This document shows positions 28,899 through 43,689 of a DNA stretch of 64,000 bases, one piece after another (the stretch's first letter is position 1; the number at the start of each line of letters is the position of its first letter). The notes beneath the pieces are model-generated. The model had not been told where the DNA came from. It did no database searches and saw nothing but the letters and a program-made list of their open reading frames with translations. The translations under genes and the position numbers were made by a program. The stretch is from an uncultured delta proteobacterium (GTDB lineage: Bacteria > Desulfobacterota > Syntrophorhabdia > Syntrophorhabdales > WCHB1-27): the NCBI GenBank assembly GCA_963733345.1, contig CAVTDX010000076.1:13753-77752 (forward strand), given 5' to 3'.

Positions 28899-29788
28899 AC
28901 CCAACAAATCCTGTTACTGTCCGCGTATGGGGGGATTATGCCTGCTTCACCAGACCGGAAATGAAAGTGGAACGGGTGAGCTACCCCATCTGTACCCCGT
29001 CGGCCGCCCGTGGAATACTCGAAGCTATCTACTGGGAGCCGCAGATGTACTATGTCATCGACACCATCTCTGTCGTAAAGAAAGGGCGATGGTTCAATTT
29101 TCGTCGCAATGAGGTGACCTCGGTGATCAGTTTGAAAGAAGCCCAGTCATGGATGGCGGGAAAAATTCCTATCAAGTATATCTCTGCCGGTGGAGGCGCT
29201 CCGGATGCGGCTCAGAGAAATATGCTTGCGTTGGCAGATGTCGAATACCTTATCACGGCAGAGGTGCGGACAACTGGACTCCATGACGCCAACCGCTTCA
29301 ACCTACAAAAATATCTCAAAGAGATAGAAAGGCGTGCGTCAAAAGGAAAATGCTATCACCGTCCAGCCTTCGGCTGCCGGGAATTCGCTGCCGACTTCGA
29401 ATGGGTCCCGGATGTGAAGGAAGCCTTGGAGCAAAGGGCCGCTGAGGTGCATGCCGACAAAGAGAAAAAGGATTGGAGAAAAACGTGGGCCGAAGAGGAC
29501 CTCGGGCTGATGCTCTATGACGTCTTCGATGTGAGCCAGCGTGGGGAAGGCTTCCGATGGCTCACAGGCGAGGAATTGGAGGCTGCTTTGTCTGGTCAAA
29601 CGTTGGCCGCAACGAAAGCCCCAAAGGGCAAGAAGAAAACTACTCCGGACAACCAACTGAAGTATTTTGAGGGAACCCCGATTGTTCCGCATGCCGCCTT
29701 CTTCCACGCCAGAATCAAAGACTCGCAGATGGATTGCCACCCGGAACGAGTCAAAATAATACCGGAAAGAAGAAAGGAGGTGATTTGA
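28895..29788 (+). CDS. cas5c: Cas5c/Cas5d (type I-C)
   Basis: VRVWGDYACFTRPEMKVERVSYPICTPSAARGILEAIYWEP is a typical Cas5d N-terminus. 297 aa, longer than usual. Confidence 0.9.
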   Translation: MNPTNPVTVRVWGDYACFTRPEMKVERVSYPICTPSAARGILEAIYWEPQMYYVIDTISVVKKGRWFNFRRNEVTSVISLKEAQSWMAGKIPIKYISAGGGAPDAAQRNMLALADVEYLITAEVRTTGLHDANRFNLQKYLKEIERRASKGKCYHRPAFGCREFAADFEWVPDVKEALEQRAAEVHADKEKKDWRKTWAEEDLGLMLYDVFDVSQRGEGFRWLTGEELEAALSGQTLAATKAPKGKKKTTPDNQLKYFEGTPIVPHAAFFHARIKDSQMDCHPERVKIIPERRKEVI

Positions 29789-31878
29789 TGTTTCTTCAAG
29801 CCCTGTATGAATATGCACAGAAGAACCGATTACTTGATAACCTTCCTTTGCAGACAAGAGTTGTACACGCCTTAATCGCGATTAATTACGATGGAAAGCT
29901 AAGAGTCGATCACTTAGTCCCGTTGAGCCATACTGACGAAAAAGGGAAGGAACGCCCAGGCCAAGAAAGACTGATGCCAAGATTCCCCGGCGAGAACAAT
30001 GGTGGTAAAGCTTATTTTCTTGCGGAAAACTGCACAGCCGTCTTGGGTATTGAGCACTCTGAAGACACAAAGAAAGGCATTTCTCCCGGCGATCCAATCT
30101 TTTGCGATCCAAGGAGGGGTGGTAATTCTACAAAGGCCTTTCTTCATTTCTGGAATCAGATTGAGCAAGCCTACGCCAAAACCCAGGATGAGAGGTTGGG
30201 CGCATTGCTATCATTTCGTTCAAACTACTTAAGCGAGCGTGGTGGCAAAATAATGGCGAATCTACCCTTTATCGAAGTTCAGATGGGCAAAAGAGACAAC
30301 TTGGAATTAGTGGCAAGAACTAATGAGAGAGATTTCCTACCTTTGAAGGCGGCAACTCTGGGATTCAGCGTTGAGGGCGAACCGCTGATCACGGAAAACA
30401 ATAGCGACCCCCTCCGTGCGTACTGGTTTGACCGGTATTTGGAAGAGGTATTTGACGATGACAATATCGAGGCTCCAGTCTTCGTTTCAAATACCGACAG
30501 CATATGCCTCATAACCGGAGAGGCTGGTTTGCCCATTGCTCGTTCCCATAAGCCCAAAATTCTTGGCGTGCCAAAACTGTCATCAGGCGGCTATGTTGTG
30601 TCGTTTGCCAAGGAAGCCCCTGCATTTTCATCTTATGGTAACGAAATGGGACAAAATGCACCCGTATCTGAACGGGCAGCCGCATCTTATGCACTGGCCA
30701 TTAATGAATTCCTAAGGCAAGAAGATAATCACATCAATATTGGGCCTTTGTCGGTCTGTTTTTGGTCAAAGGTAAATATCGAGGTACCGGGACAGTTCAA
30801 ATCGATGTTGAGCAGGGCGTACCCGGAACAAGTCAGAGACTTTCTTCTTGCGCCTTTTGCGGGTATTAGCGGTAGAGAGCCATTGCGTAGAGATCGACTT
30901 TACACTGCCGCTCTTGCAGGAAATGCCGGAAGAGTAGTAGTCTGCCACTGGTTGGATCAGACTCTGAATGAAGCTATTGTCAATTTCAACCACTGGTGGG
31001 GTGATCTCCAGATTGTAAGTGTCTACAGTGCTTCCACTGTAGAAGGTCGTGAAAGACGGGCATCGCCTCTCGCAATTCAAAATCTGGCTCGTGCGACTCT
31101 TCGACAGTCAAAGAAGCAGAAGACCGACAAGTTGTTGCCCACCCGCATTATTCAAATATACCGGGCTGCCCTTGAAGGGACCTCGCTCCCGATCATAATG
31201 CTCAAGTCAATTCTTGATGAGTTTTACAGCGCCCTTGTGAAGAACGATGAGCAAAACCAGACGTACCCTTACAGCCAGTCAAGGTTTGCCCTTATCAAAT
31301 TAATACTTATTCGAAACAAAAAGGAGGAGTTTATGCCAGAGTACCAGTTAGCCGACACAACCGACGCATCATACAATCTTGGTTGTTTGCTCGCAGTGCT
31401 GGAAGCCCTACAGAAACGATCGGTGCGAGCAGGGAAGGCAGGCCCCGAACAAGGCGCTGATAAACCAAATGCCGGAATTATCGAAAGGTACTACGCCCAG
31501 GCATCAACGGCCCCAGCGCTTGTCTTCCCGTATCTTTTGTCCCTCTCGCGACACCACTTTTCAAAGCTCTCGAAGGGAAGTGAGAAGGACAAGAGAGCTG
31601 CTAAGGCCATTGAGGAGACCGTAATCGACATTTGCAAAAAGTTCAAAGCTACCCCCGAAGAACCAGGTGAGGCTCCCAAATTTCCTCGCCTACTGGATCT
31701 GGAACGGCAAGGCCGCTTTGCGTTGGGCTTTTACCAACAAAAAGCATACGACATCGAACAAGTCAGAAAATTCAGGGCGTCCAAAGGGATGCAGGGTCTT
31801 GATATTGCCGATATCGATGACAGCGAGGAAGCAGAGACTGAATCTGCTGAATACAAAACAAACCGCAAAGGAGAATAA
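29788..31878 (+). CDS. cas8c: Cas8c large subunit (type I-C)
   Basis: ATG at 29788 follows AAAGGAGG and overlaps the cas5 stop (TGATG). 696 aa. Lies between cas5 and cas7. Confidence 0.8.
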   Translation: MFLQALYEYAQKNRLLDNLPLQTRVVHALIAINYDGKLRVDHLVPLSHTDEKGKERPGQERLMPRFPGENNGGKAYFLAENCTAVLGIEHSEDTKKGISPGDPIFCDPRRGGNSTKAFLHFWNQIEQAYAKTQDERLGALLSFRSNYLSERGGKIMANLPFIEVQMGKRDNLELVARTNERDFLPLKAATLGFSVEGEPLITENNSDPLRAYWFDRYLEEVFDDDNIEAPVFVSNTDSICLITGEAGLPIARSHKPKILGVPKLSSGGYVVSFAKEAPAFSSYGNEMGQNAPVSERAAASYALAINEFLRQEDNHINIGPLSVCFWSKVNIEVPGQFKSMLSRAYPEQVRDFLLAPFAGISGREPLRRDRLYTAALAGNAGRVVVCHWLDQTLNEAIVNFNHWWGDLQIVSVYSASTVEGRERRASPLAIQNLARATLRQSKKQKTDKLLPTRIIQIYRAALEGTSLPIIMLKSILDEFYSALVKNDEQNQTYPYSQSRFALIKLILIRNKKEEFMPEYQLADTTDASYNLGCLLAVLEALQKRSVRAGKAGPEQGADKPNAGIIERYYAQASTAPALVFPYLLSLSRHHFSKLSKGSEKDKRAAKAIEETVIDICKKFKATPEEPGEAPKFPRLLDLERQGRFALGFYQQKAYDIEQVRKFRASKGMQGLDIADIDDSEEAETESAEYKTNRKGE
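31333..31878 (+). CDS. candidate internally translated Cas11c small subunit
   Basis: In-frame ATG at 31333 lies 5 nt after AAGGAGG (31321-31327), inside the cas8c 3' region. Confidence 0.45.
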   Translation: MPEYQLADTTDASYNLGCLLAVLEALQKRSVRAGKAGPEQGADKPNAGIIERYYAQASTAPALVFPYLLSLSRHHFSKLSKGSEKDKRAAKAIEETVIDICKKFKATPEEPGEAPKFPRLLDLERQGRFALGFYQQKAYDIEQVRKFRASKGMQGLDIADIDDSEEAETESAEYKTNRKGE

Positions 31879-31881
31879 GCC

Positions 31882-32850
31882 ATGGAAACATCACTCACAA
31901 ATCGTCATGACGTTCTGATCCTTTTCGATGTAACGAATGGTAATCCTAACGGTGATCCTGATGCCGGCAATATGCCGCGTATCGACCCTACGAGCAACAA
32001 GGGCTTGGTTTCGGATGTGTGCATGAAGAGAAAGATTCGTAACTACGTATCTGACTTCAAGAAGGAAGTCCGGTACGACATTCTGGTGCGGCAGGGGAAC
32101 ATAATGAATAACGAAATCACAACCGCCATAAAAGATGCGACTGAGACGCTCCCCAACAAGGAGAAGGCAACAGACAAAGAAAAAGCCGAGGCCGCCATGA
32201 AATGGCTTTGTAATAAATTCTACGACGTAAGGGCGTTTGGCGGCGTTCTTTCAATCGGCAAAGATGTGCTCCAGGGTTCCGCGTTCGGACAAGTACGTGG
32301 TCCTATTCAGTTCACATTTGCCAGGTCCTTAGACCCTATTACTCCGCTGGACATCTCGATTACCCGCTGCGCTGTCACAAGGCCAGAGGACGAAAAGAAG
32401 GAGCGTACCATGGGCAACAAACACATCATTCCATACGCCCTCTACGCAGCCAAGGTCTACATTTCACCTGTATTTGCCGAGAGGACGGGTTTTAGCAATG
32501 ACGATCTCACGCTTTTCTTCGATGCGCTCGGCAATATGTTTACGCACGATCAATCGGCGGCCAGGGCTGAAATGACCGTTCGCGGAATCTACGACTTCGA
32601 ACATGTGGGCACTCAGAGCCCGAATAACGGCGATCAGAACAAACGCGAGGCCCGCCTTGGATGCTATCACGCCCACAAGCTGTTTGAAGGAATCAAGGTT
32701 GAACTAAAACCGGGCAAGACGTATCCGGAATCGTTTGACGATTACAAGGACAACATTACGTGCGCGTGGACTGAAGACAGCCTTCCGAAAGGAGTTGTGC
32801 TGCACATTAGACATGAACAGCCTATCGCTTCGATCAGATCTCGGTCATGA
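31882..32850 (+). CDS. cas7c: Cas7c/Csd2 (type I-C)
   Basis: ILFDVTNGNPNGDPDAGNMPRIDP..GLVSDVCMKRKIRNY is a typical Csd2 sequence. Confidence 0.9.
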   Translation: METSLTNRHDVLILFDVTNGNPNGDPDAGNMPRIDPTSNKGLVSDVCMKRKIRNYVSDFKKEVRYDILVRQGNIMNNEITTAIKDATETLPNKEKATDKEKAEAAMKWLCNKFYDVRAFGGVLSIGKDVLQGSAFGQVRGPIQFTFARSLDPITPLDISITRCAVTRPEDEKKERTMGNKHIIPYALYAAKVYISPVFAERTGFSNDDLTLFFDALGNMFTHDQSAARAEMTVRGIYDFEHVGTQSPNNGDQNKREARLGCYHAHKLFEGIKVELKPGKTYPESFDDYKDNITCAWTEDSLPKGVVLHIRHEQPIASIRSRS

Positions 32851-33566
32851 TCGAGACGCGCAGCCGGGAAGAGTTTTCCCAAGACGATCTGATACCTATC
32901 TCGTCTGTTGCCGATCTGGTCTTCTGTGAACGAAGGGCTGCTCTTCATTTTGTTGAAGGTGCATGGGAAGAAAATCAGTTTACTGCCGAAGGTCATCTCC
33001 TTCATGACAAAACCGACGAGGTCGATTGTGAGATGCGAAAAGAGGTTCGTATTGTCCGGGGGCTGCGGCTCCGTTCCTTGAAGCTGGGCCTTTCGGGTGT
33101 GGCCGACGTCGTAGAATTCCGTCGTCTCGGTGTTTCACCGTCTACGGCCAGTTCTGACAGCGAGCCTACACATGGGGTTGCTTTACCGGGAGTCAAAGGG
33201 TTCTGGAGGCCGTTTCCGGTGGAGTATAAGCGAGGGAAGCTGAAACATGAGAAAAGCTACGAGATCCAGATTTGTGCCCAAGCATTATGCCTGGAAGAGA
33301 TGCTAAATGCACGAATCGTAGACGGTGCGATCTTCTATGGGAAATCGATGCGGAGACACGGTGTGACCTTCACGGATACCGTCCGGAAGGAAACGGAAGG
33401 CGCCGCAAGACGCATGCACGCGCTTATTGCTTCAGCAACGACACCAGAGCCGATCTACGGCAAGAAATGTAACAGTTGTTCACTTTTTGAGGAATGCTTG
33501 CCGAAAACCATGGGCAAAAAGTCTTCGGTGAAGCGCTACCTGGAACGAATGGTGAGCTCGCCATGA
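32847..33566 (+). CDS. cas4: Cas4 RecB-like nuclease
   Basis: N-terminal Cys plus C-terminal CNSCSLFEEC Fe-S cluster motif. ATGA coupling to cas7 and cas1. Confidence 0.9.
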   Translation: MIETRSREEFSQDDLIPISSVADLVFCERRAALHFVEGAWEENQFTAEGHLLHDKTDEVDCEMRKEVRIVRGLRLRSLKLGLSGVADVVEFRRLGVSPSTASSDSEPTHGVALPGVKGFWRPFPVEYKRGKLKHEKSYEIQICAQALCLEEMLNARIVDGAIFYGKSMRRHGVTFTDTVRKETEGAARRMHALIASATTPEPIYGKKCNSCSLFEECLPKTMGKKSSVKRYLERMVSSP

Positions 33567-34594
33567 AAAAACTCCTTAACACGCTCTATGTGACCACCCA
33601 GGGGGCGTACCTCGCGAAAGAAGGCGAGACGGTGGCCGTGAAGGTCGATGGCGACGTGCGTTTGCGCATACCCGTGCACACCATCTCCGGCATCGTCTGC
33701 TTCGGCAACGTAGGGTGCAGCCCGTATCTTATGGGTTTCTGCGCAGAAAACCAGGTGGCCGTGAGCTTCCTGAGCGAGCACGGCCGATTTATGGCAAGGG
33801 TGCAGGGTCCCGTCTCAGGCAACGTCCTTCTGAGAAGGGAGCAATACAGGCGCGCCGACGACCTCCGGCAATCGGCGGAGGTCGCAAAAAGCGTCCTGAC
33901 CGGGAAAATCGCTAATTGCCGGGCTGTGCTGCTCAGGGCGGCCAGGGACCACGCAAGCAAGATCGACGAGCACCAGGTCCGCCACGCTGCCGCGCGCCTG
34001 ACCAGGCAGGTCGAGCTTCTTGCCCGGGAATACCCTCTTGATGCGTTGCGCGGCATAGAGGGAGATTCGGCCCACATCTATTTCGATGTGTTCGATCATC
34101 TGATCGTTGCCCAAAAAGAGGCGTTCCGGTTCAATGAGCGCAACAGGCGCCCGCCCCTCGATAACGTAAATTGCCTGCTCTCCTTCATTTATACCCTTGT
34201 GATGCACGACGTAAGATCGGCCCTGGAGACAGTCGGGCTCGATCCAGCGGTAGGTTTCCTGCACAGGGACAGACCCGGCCGGCCCGGGCTCGCCCTCGAT
34301 CTCATGGAAGAATTCAGACCCTTGGTAGCAGACCGCCTTGCTCTCTCGCTCATCAATCTGCAGCAGGTGCAGGACAAGGGGTTCAAAAAGATGGATTCGG
34401 GGGCAGTCACTATGACCGACGAAACGCGAAAGACCGTGCTCGTGGCGTATCAGGAGCGAAAGCAGGAAGAGATTCTGCATCCGTTTCTTGGGGAAAAAGT
34501 GGCGATCGGCATGCTGTTTCACGTCCAGGCGCTCCTCTTCGCGCGCTATCTGCGTGGAGACCTTGACGGTTATCCGCCCTTCATCTCGAAATAG
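33563..34594 (+). CDS. cas1: Cas1 integrase
   Basis: MKKLLNTLYVTTQGAYLAKEGETV..; GIEGDSAHIYF; FLHRDRPGRPGLALDLMEEFRP. Confidence 0.95.
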   Translation: MKKLLNTLYVTTQGAYLAKEGETVAVKVDGDVRLRIPVHTISGIVCFGNVGCSPYLMGFCAENQVAVSFLSEHGRFMARVQGPVSGNVLLRREQYRRADDLRQSAEVAKSVLTGKIANCRAVLLRAARDHASKIDEHQVRHAAARLTRQVELLAREYPLDALRGIEGDSAHIYFDVFDHLIVAQKEAFRFNERNRRPPLDNVNCLLSFIYTLVMHDVRSALETVGLDPAVGFLHRDRPGRPGLALDLMEEFRPLVADRLALSLINLQQVQDKGFKKMDSGAVTMTDETRKTVLVAYQERKQEEILHPFLGEKVAIGMLFHVQALLFARYLRGDLDGYPPFISK

Positions 34595-34606
34595 GGAGGC
34601 GCCCCG

Positions 34607-34897
34607 ATGATGGTTCTGGTGAGCTACGACGTAGCTACGAAAGACCCGGGCGGCTCGCGGCGCCTCAATCGGGTGGCTAAGGCGTGTGAAGACTTCGGCC
34701 AGAGGGTCCAGTATTCCGTTTTTGAATGCATCATGGACCCGGCGCAATGGACTTTCCTGAAGCATCGCCTCATCGATGAGATCGATCACGACAAGGACAG
34801 CCTGCGTTTCTACTATCTGGGGTCGAACTGGAGACGGCGCGTCGAGCACGTGGGCGCCAAAGCGGGCGTTGACCAGGAAGGGCCGCTGATCGCATGA
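34607..34897 (+). CDS. cas2: Cas2
   Basis: [32 protein letters not shown]. Confidence 0.9.
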   Translation: MMVLVSYDVATKDPGGSRRLNRVAKACEDFGQRVQYSVFECIMDPAQWTFLKHRLIDEIDHDKDSLRFYYLGSNWRRRVEHVGAKAGVDQEGPLIA

Positions 34898-35077
34898 TGC
34901 GCGAACCCTAAGCGGACACGGTTTTCCGGGAACTTTCGCGCGTGTTGTATCCTATTGAAATTGCAGTCCTTATTGTGTGCTCTTTGACAACTATATGAGG
35001 TAAAACGGAACGCGATGCGCCCGGTCCGCAAAATCGTGAATATTTGTTGTTTGTTTTTAACGCATTAGAGCAACACC
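34898..35077 (+). promoter_or_regulatory. CRISPR leader
   Basis: 180-bp AT-richer stretch between cas2 and the first repeat; contains TTGACA at about 34984. Confidence 0.6.
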
Positions 35078-38129
<3,052 letters not shown>

Positions 38130-38227
38130 TCTTTGCGATCTCCTTTAGGGCCTGTCAAGGACCAAGTTAATTCCCCACCCCCGGGGCCACGGTAATTCCC
38201 CACTTTGCACCGCAAGAGAGTGGTTTG

Positions 38228-38973
38228 TTATTGCTTCGTCTTCGGACTCAGGTTCTTCCTATAGGACTCTCCTTCATCGATCATAATGTGATGGGCATGA
38301 TGGCTCAGGCGATCGAGCGCCGAGTTGGCCATGACCGGGTCGGGGAACAGGGCCACCCAGTCCTGAGGCGGCCGGTTGCTGGTGATGATTGTGGATGATC
38401 TCAAATGGCGCTCCGCCACCAGCTCGTAGACGTCTTCCGCCTGGATGGGCGTCAGCGCCGTGAGCCGAAGTCGTCGATGATCAGCAGATCGGGGTTAAGG
38501 TACTTCCTGATCTGCCTTTCCCACGACTGATCGGCCCTCGACGCAAAGAGATGCCTGAGCATCTTGACCGCCTTCACAAAAAGCACGCCGTATCCCCTCC
38601 TGCAGGCCTCGTGACCCAGCGCCTGGGCGAGGTGGGTCTTTCCCACCCCGGCCGGCCCATAGATGAGCACATGCTCTTTTTTCTCTATAAAAAGACACGC
38701 GGCGAGATCGGTCACGGCCCCTCGTTTGATCTTCGGGTTGAAGGCGAAGTCGAACCCTTCCAGCGTCTTCTCTTCTTCAAAGGATGCTTTCTGTATCCTG
38801 ACGGCGAGCTTCTTCGTCTCCCTTCTTTCGATCTCGTCCTGCATGACAAGAGTAAGGAAGGCGAGATGGGAGAGTTCGTCTTTCTCCGCCTGGGCGAGCC
38901 TGAGCTCCAGGCTTTCTCCAAATCCTCCGAGCTTGAGCTTTCTGAGATCGGCCATGAGGTGATGATCAATCAT
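38228..38973 (-). CDS. istB: IstB ATP-binding helper, frameshifted as assembled near 38455-38468
   Basis: Walker A GPAGVGKTHLA and LLIIDDFG in ORF 38452..38973. The continuation LTPIQAEDVYELVAERHLRSSTIITSNRPP runs in another frame down to 38228. Confidence 0.85.
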
Positions 38974-40549
38974 GGGACGCCTCCTTCCCGAAGTATGAGG
39001 GCTTTCGGAGGAACCGCTTTCCTAGATCGGACAGGGGCGCTGAATGCGTCGTCGTCTGCTCATCGGAGAGGTCTTTTTCCAGCATGGCCTTGATGCTCCT
39101 GTACCGGGTCGCGCCGAAGCTCAATGCTCTTTCGGCAACTTCTTCTATCTTGCCCGAGTGCTTCTCGGCAAGGCGGAGGATCGCCTGGGCCTTCCGGAGG
39201 TTCCTCATGGCGTTTTCTTTAAGGATGGCGTAAATGAGCGCTTCCGTATGGGGACCGAACTCGGCTGCCTTCTTCCTGCACCACGTGGGCGTCGCCATGA
39301 GGAAGGCGAGCTTCTCCGGCGGATAGTCCGTCTGGTCCGTCGCCCATCGTCCGGGCGCATGGGACCGCGGGTGAAGTTTGATCCTTTCCTGGTCGAGGAA
39401 GATCTCCGTCGTCTTCTTGGTTCCCTTCGCCCACACCTTCTTGCCGATGTACCGGGTCGGCAGCGAGTAGTAGGATTTGTCGAAGACGATGTGATGGTCG
39501 GGATGGACGGTGCACTCTTTCCACAGCGGACGCTCGAAAGGGGTTTCCGGCAGCGGCATAAGATGCGGCTTCTCTTCCATGAGGAATGTCGGATAAGGTT
39601 TCTTCTTGGTTGTTCCGTGGACCTCCATGCCGATCTCTTCCTTGCACCAATGGAGAGCTCGAACGTTTGCCTCCTTAATGTCTTTGAACGTCCTGCCTGC
39701 AAGGAGGTGTTTTTTCACCACGGCGACGGCGCGCTCCACCTTGCCTTTGTGTTCGGCCATTCTCACCTTCGCGGGGTCGGCGACGAAGCCGCAATGGCGT
39801 TCCATGTCGGCATAGGCCCGGTTGATCGTGGGGTCGTAAATGTCGGGCTTCAAAACGCCGGACTTGAGGTTGTCCAGGATTATTCTTTTCGGGACGCCCC
39901 CGAAGAAGGCGAAGGCCCGCTCGTGACAATCGAGCCACATGTCCGTTTCCTGGCGGAAGACGAAGCGGACGAACTTGTGGCGGCTCGAGGAAAGGGTCAT
40001 GATGAAGGCCCATGTCCTGCGCTTCCTGTCTGCCTCGGGATCGTACATGAGCCCCGCATAGCCGAAGTCGACCTGGGCTTCCAGTCCCGGAGGAGTCTCT
40101 ATGCGGACCGTCGCCTTAGTTTTGCCGAAGGAGAACTCCGAGCGGAGATAACGCTTGATCGTGCTGTAGCCGACTTGAATGCCGTGAGTTTCTCTAAGGA
40201 GCCGCCACACCTGCTTGGCGGTCATGTTCTCGTCCTTGAGCCATTTCTCGATCTCGTCCCTGTGCCGGGCCGCCAGATCGAGGGCCGGCGTCTCGAAGGC
40301 CGCCTGCACGTTCAGAGGAGCATTGAGTCTGCAAACGGACTCTTGCTCGTCCGGAAGCGGCCCTCCCTGGGCAATCCCCAAGGATCGCGCCATGGCGACA
40401 TACTTCCGCACGGTCTTTCTGTCGAGACCTAAAGACTGGCTAATATGCTGGATCTTCATTCCCTTATGCCACTGGTACACTGTCTCCGCTACCTCATTCA
40501 TCGGTATATCCCTCCTCGCCATGATCCCTCCGTTCCAGGTCGTTGCCAT
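38966..40549 (-). CDS. istA: IstA transposase (IS21 family)
   Basis: N-terminal HTH (ISQSLGLDRKTVRKYV) and a DDE integrase core. The start may be the ATG at 40522. Confidence 0.9.
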   Translation of the reverse strand: MATTWNGGIMARRDIPMNEVAETVYQWHKGMKIQHISQSLGLDRKTVRKYVAMARSLGIAQGGPLPDEQESVCRLNAPLNVQAAFETPALDLAARHRDEIEKWLKDENMTAKQVWRLLRETHGIQVGYSTIKRYLRSEFSFGKTKATVRIETPPGLEAQVDFGYAGLMYDPEADRKRRTWAFIMTLSSSRHKFVRFVFRQETDMWLDCHERAFAFFGGVPKRIILDNLKSGVLKPDIYDPTINRAYADMERHCGFVADPAKVRMAEHKGKVERAVAVVKKHLLAGRTFKDIKEANVRALHWCKEEIGMEVHGTTKKKPYPTFLMEEKPHLMPLPETPFERPLWKECTVHPDHHIVFDKSYYSLPTRYIGKKVWAKGTKKTTEIFLDQERIKLHPRSHAPGRWATDQTDYPPEKLAFLMATPTWCRKKAAEFGPHTEALIYAILKENAMRNLRKAQAILRLAEKHSGKIEEVAERALSFGATRYRSIKAMLEKDLSDEQTTTHSAPLSDLGKRFLRKPSYFGKEASHD

Positions 40550-40702
40550 AGGAATGGCAGAATCATGTCCTTTCCGTCCACCCTTTCGAGGCGGCGCAAA
40601 GTGGGGAATTACCTTGGCCCTGCTACTGGGGAATTACCTTGGCCCCGATGGCCTTATAGTGGGGATATACCATGGCCCTCGACGGGCCCTGACGACTTCT
40701 CG

Positions 40703-43077
<2,375 letters not shown>

Positions 43078-43616
43078 AACACCCAGGGGGACGACCATAA
43101 CTATATAACTAACTCTTGAAAAACTCCCACTGTCATGATAAAATCCCGCCATGGCCCGGCACTCCCGCCTTGACGCGGCAGGCATCCTTCATCACGTTAT
43201 TGTTCGGGGCATCGAACGGAGGAGAATATTTTCAGACGACTCCGACCGGGATGATTTTCTTAATTGCTGTGGAGGGATCTTTCCTGAAACGAAAACCGCC
43301 TGTTATGCCTTCGCGCTCTTGCCTAATCACGCGCACTTGCTCCTGCGCACGGGCGCCGCGCCTCTTTCGACTGTCATGTCCCGTTTGCTGACCGGCTATG
43401 CGGTCTATTTCAATAGGCGATGCCGAAGGCACGGGCAGCTATTTCAGAACCGCTATAAGTCCATTGTGTGTCAGGAAGATGCATACCTCAAGGAGCTCGT
43501 TCGGTACATTCATCTTAATCCTCTTCGAGCCGGGCTTGTGAAGGACTTGGAGGCATTGGCAATTTTCCCCTATAGCGGCCATGCGACGCTCATGGGGAAG
43601 ACAAGGTACGCCTGGG
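43078..43616 (+). repeat. first unit of a 539-bp tandem duplication (promoter plus 5' 466 nt of the Y1 gene)
   Basis: Collinear with 43617-44155 with 4 mismatches by eye. Confidence 0.9.
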
Positions 43617-43639
43617 AACACCCAGGGGGACGACCATAA
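43151..43639 (+). pseudogene. truncated copy of the Y1/HUH transposase-like gene
   Basis: Identical N-terminal ~155 aa, then reads into the duplicated upstream sequence (..AWEHPGGRP stop). Confidence 0.85.
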
Positions 43640-43689
43640 CTATATAACTAACTCTTGAAAAACTCCCACTGTCATGATAAAATCCCGCC

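Larger units (their letters stand above)
38153..40683 (-). mobile_element. IS21-family insertion sequence (2531 bp) inside a CRISPR spacer
   Basis: Imperfect terminal IRs TGTCAAGGACCAAGTTAATTCCCCAC / (rc) GTCGAGGGCCATGGTATATCCCCAC, with extra internal GGTAATTCCCCAC copies. 5-bp TSD GGGCC (38148-38152, 40684-40688). Carries istA-istB. Confidence 0.9.
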
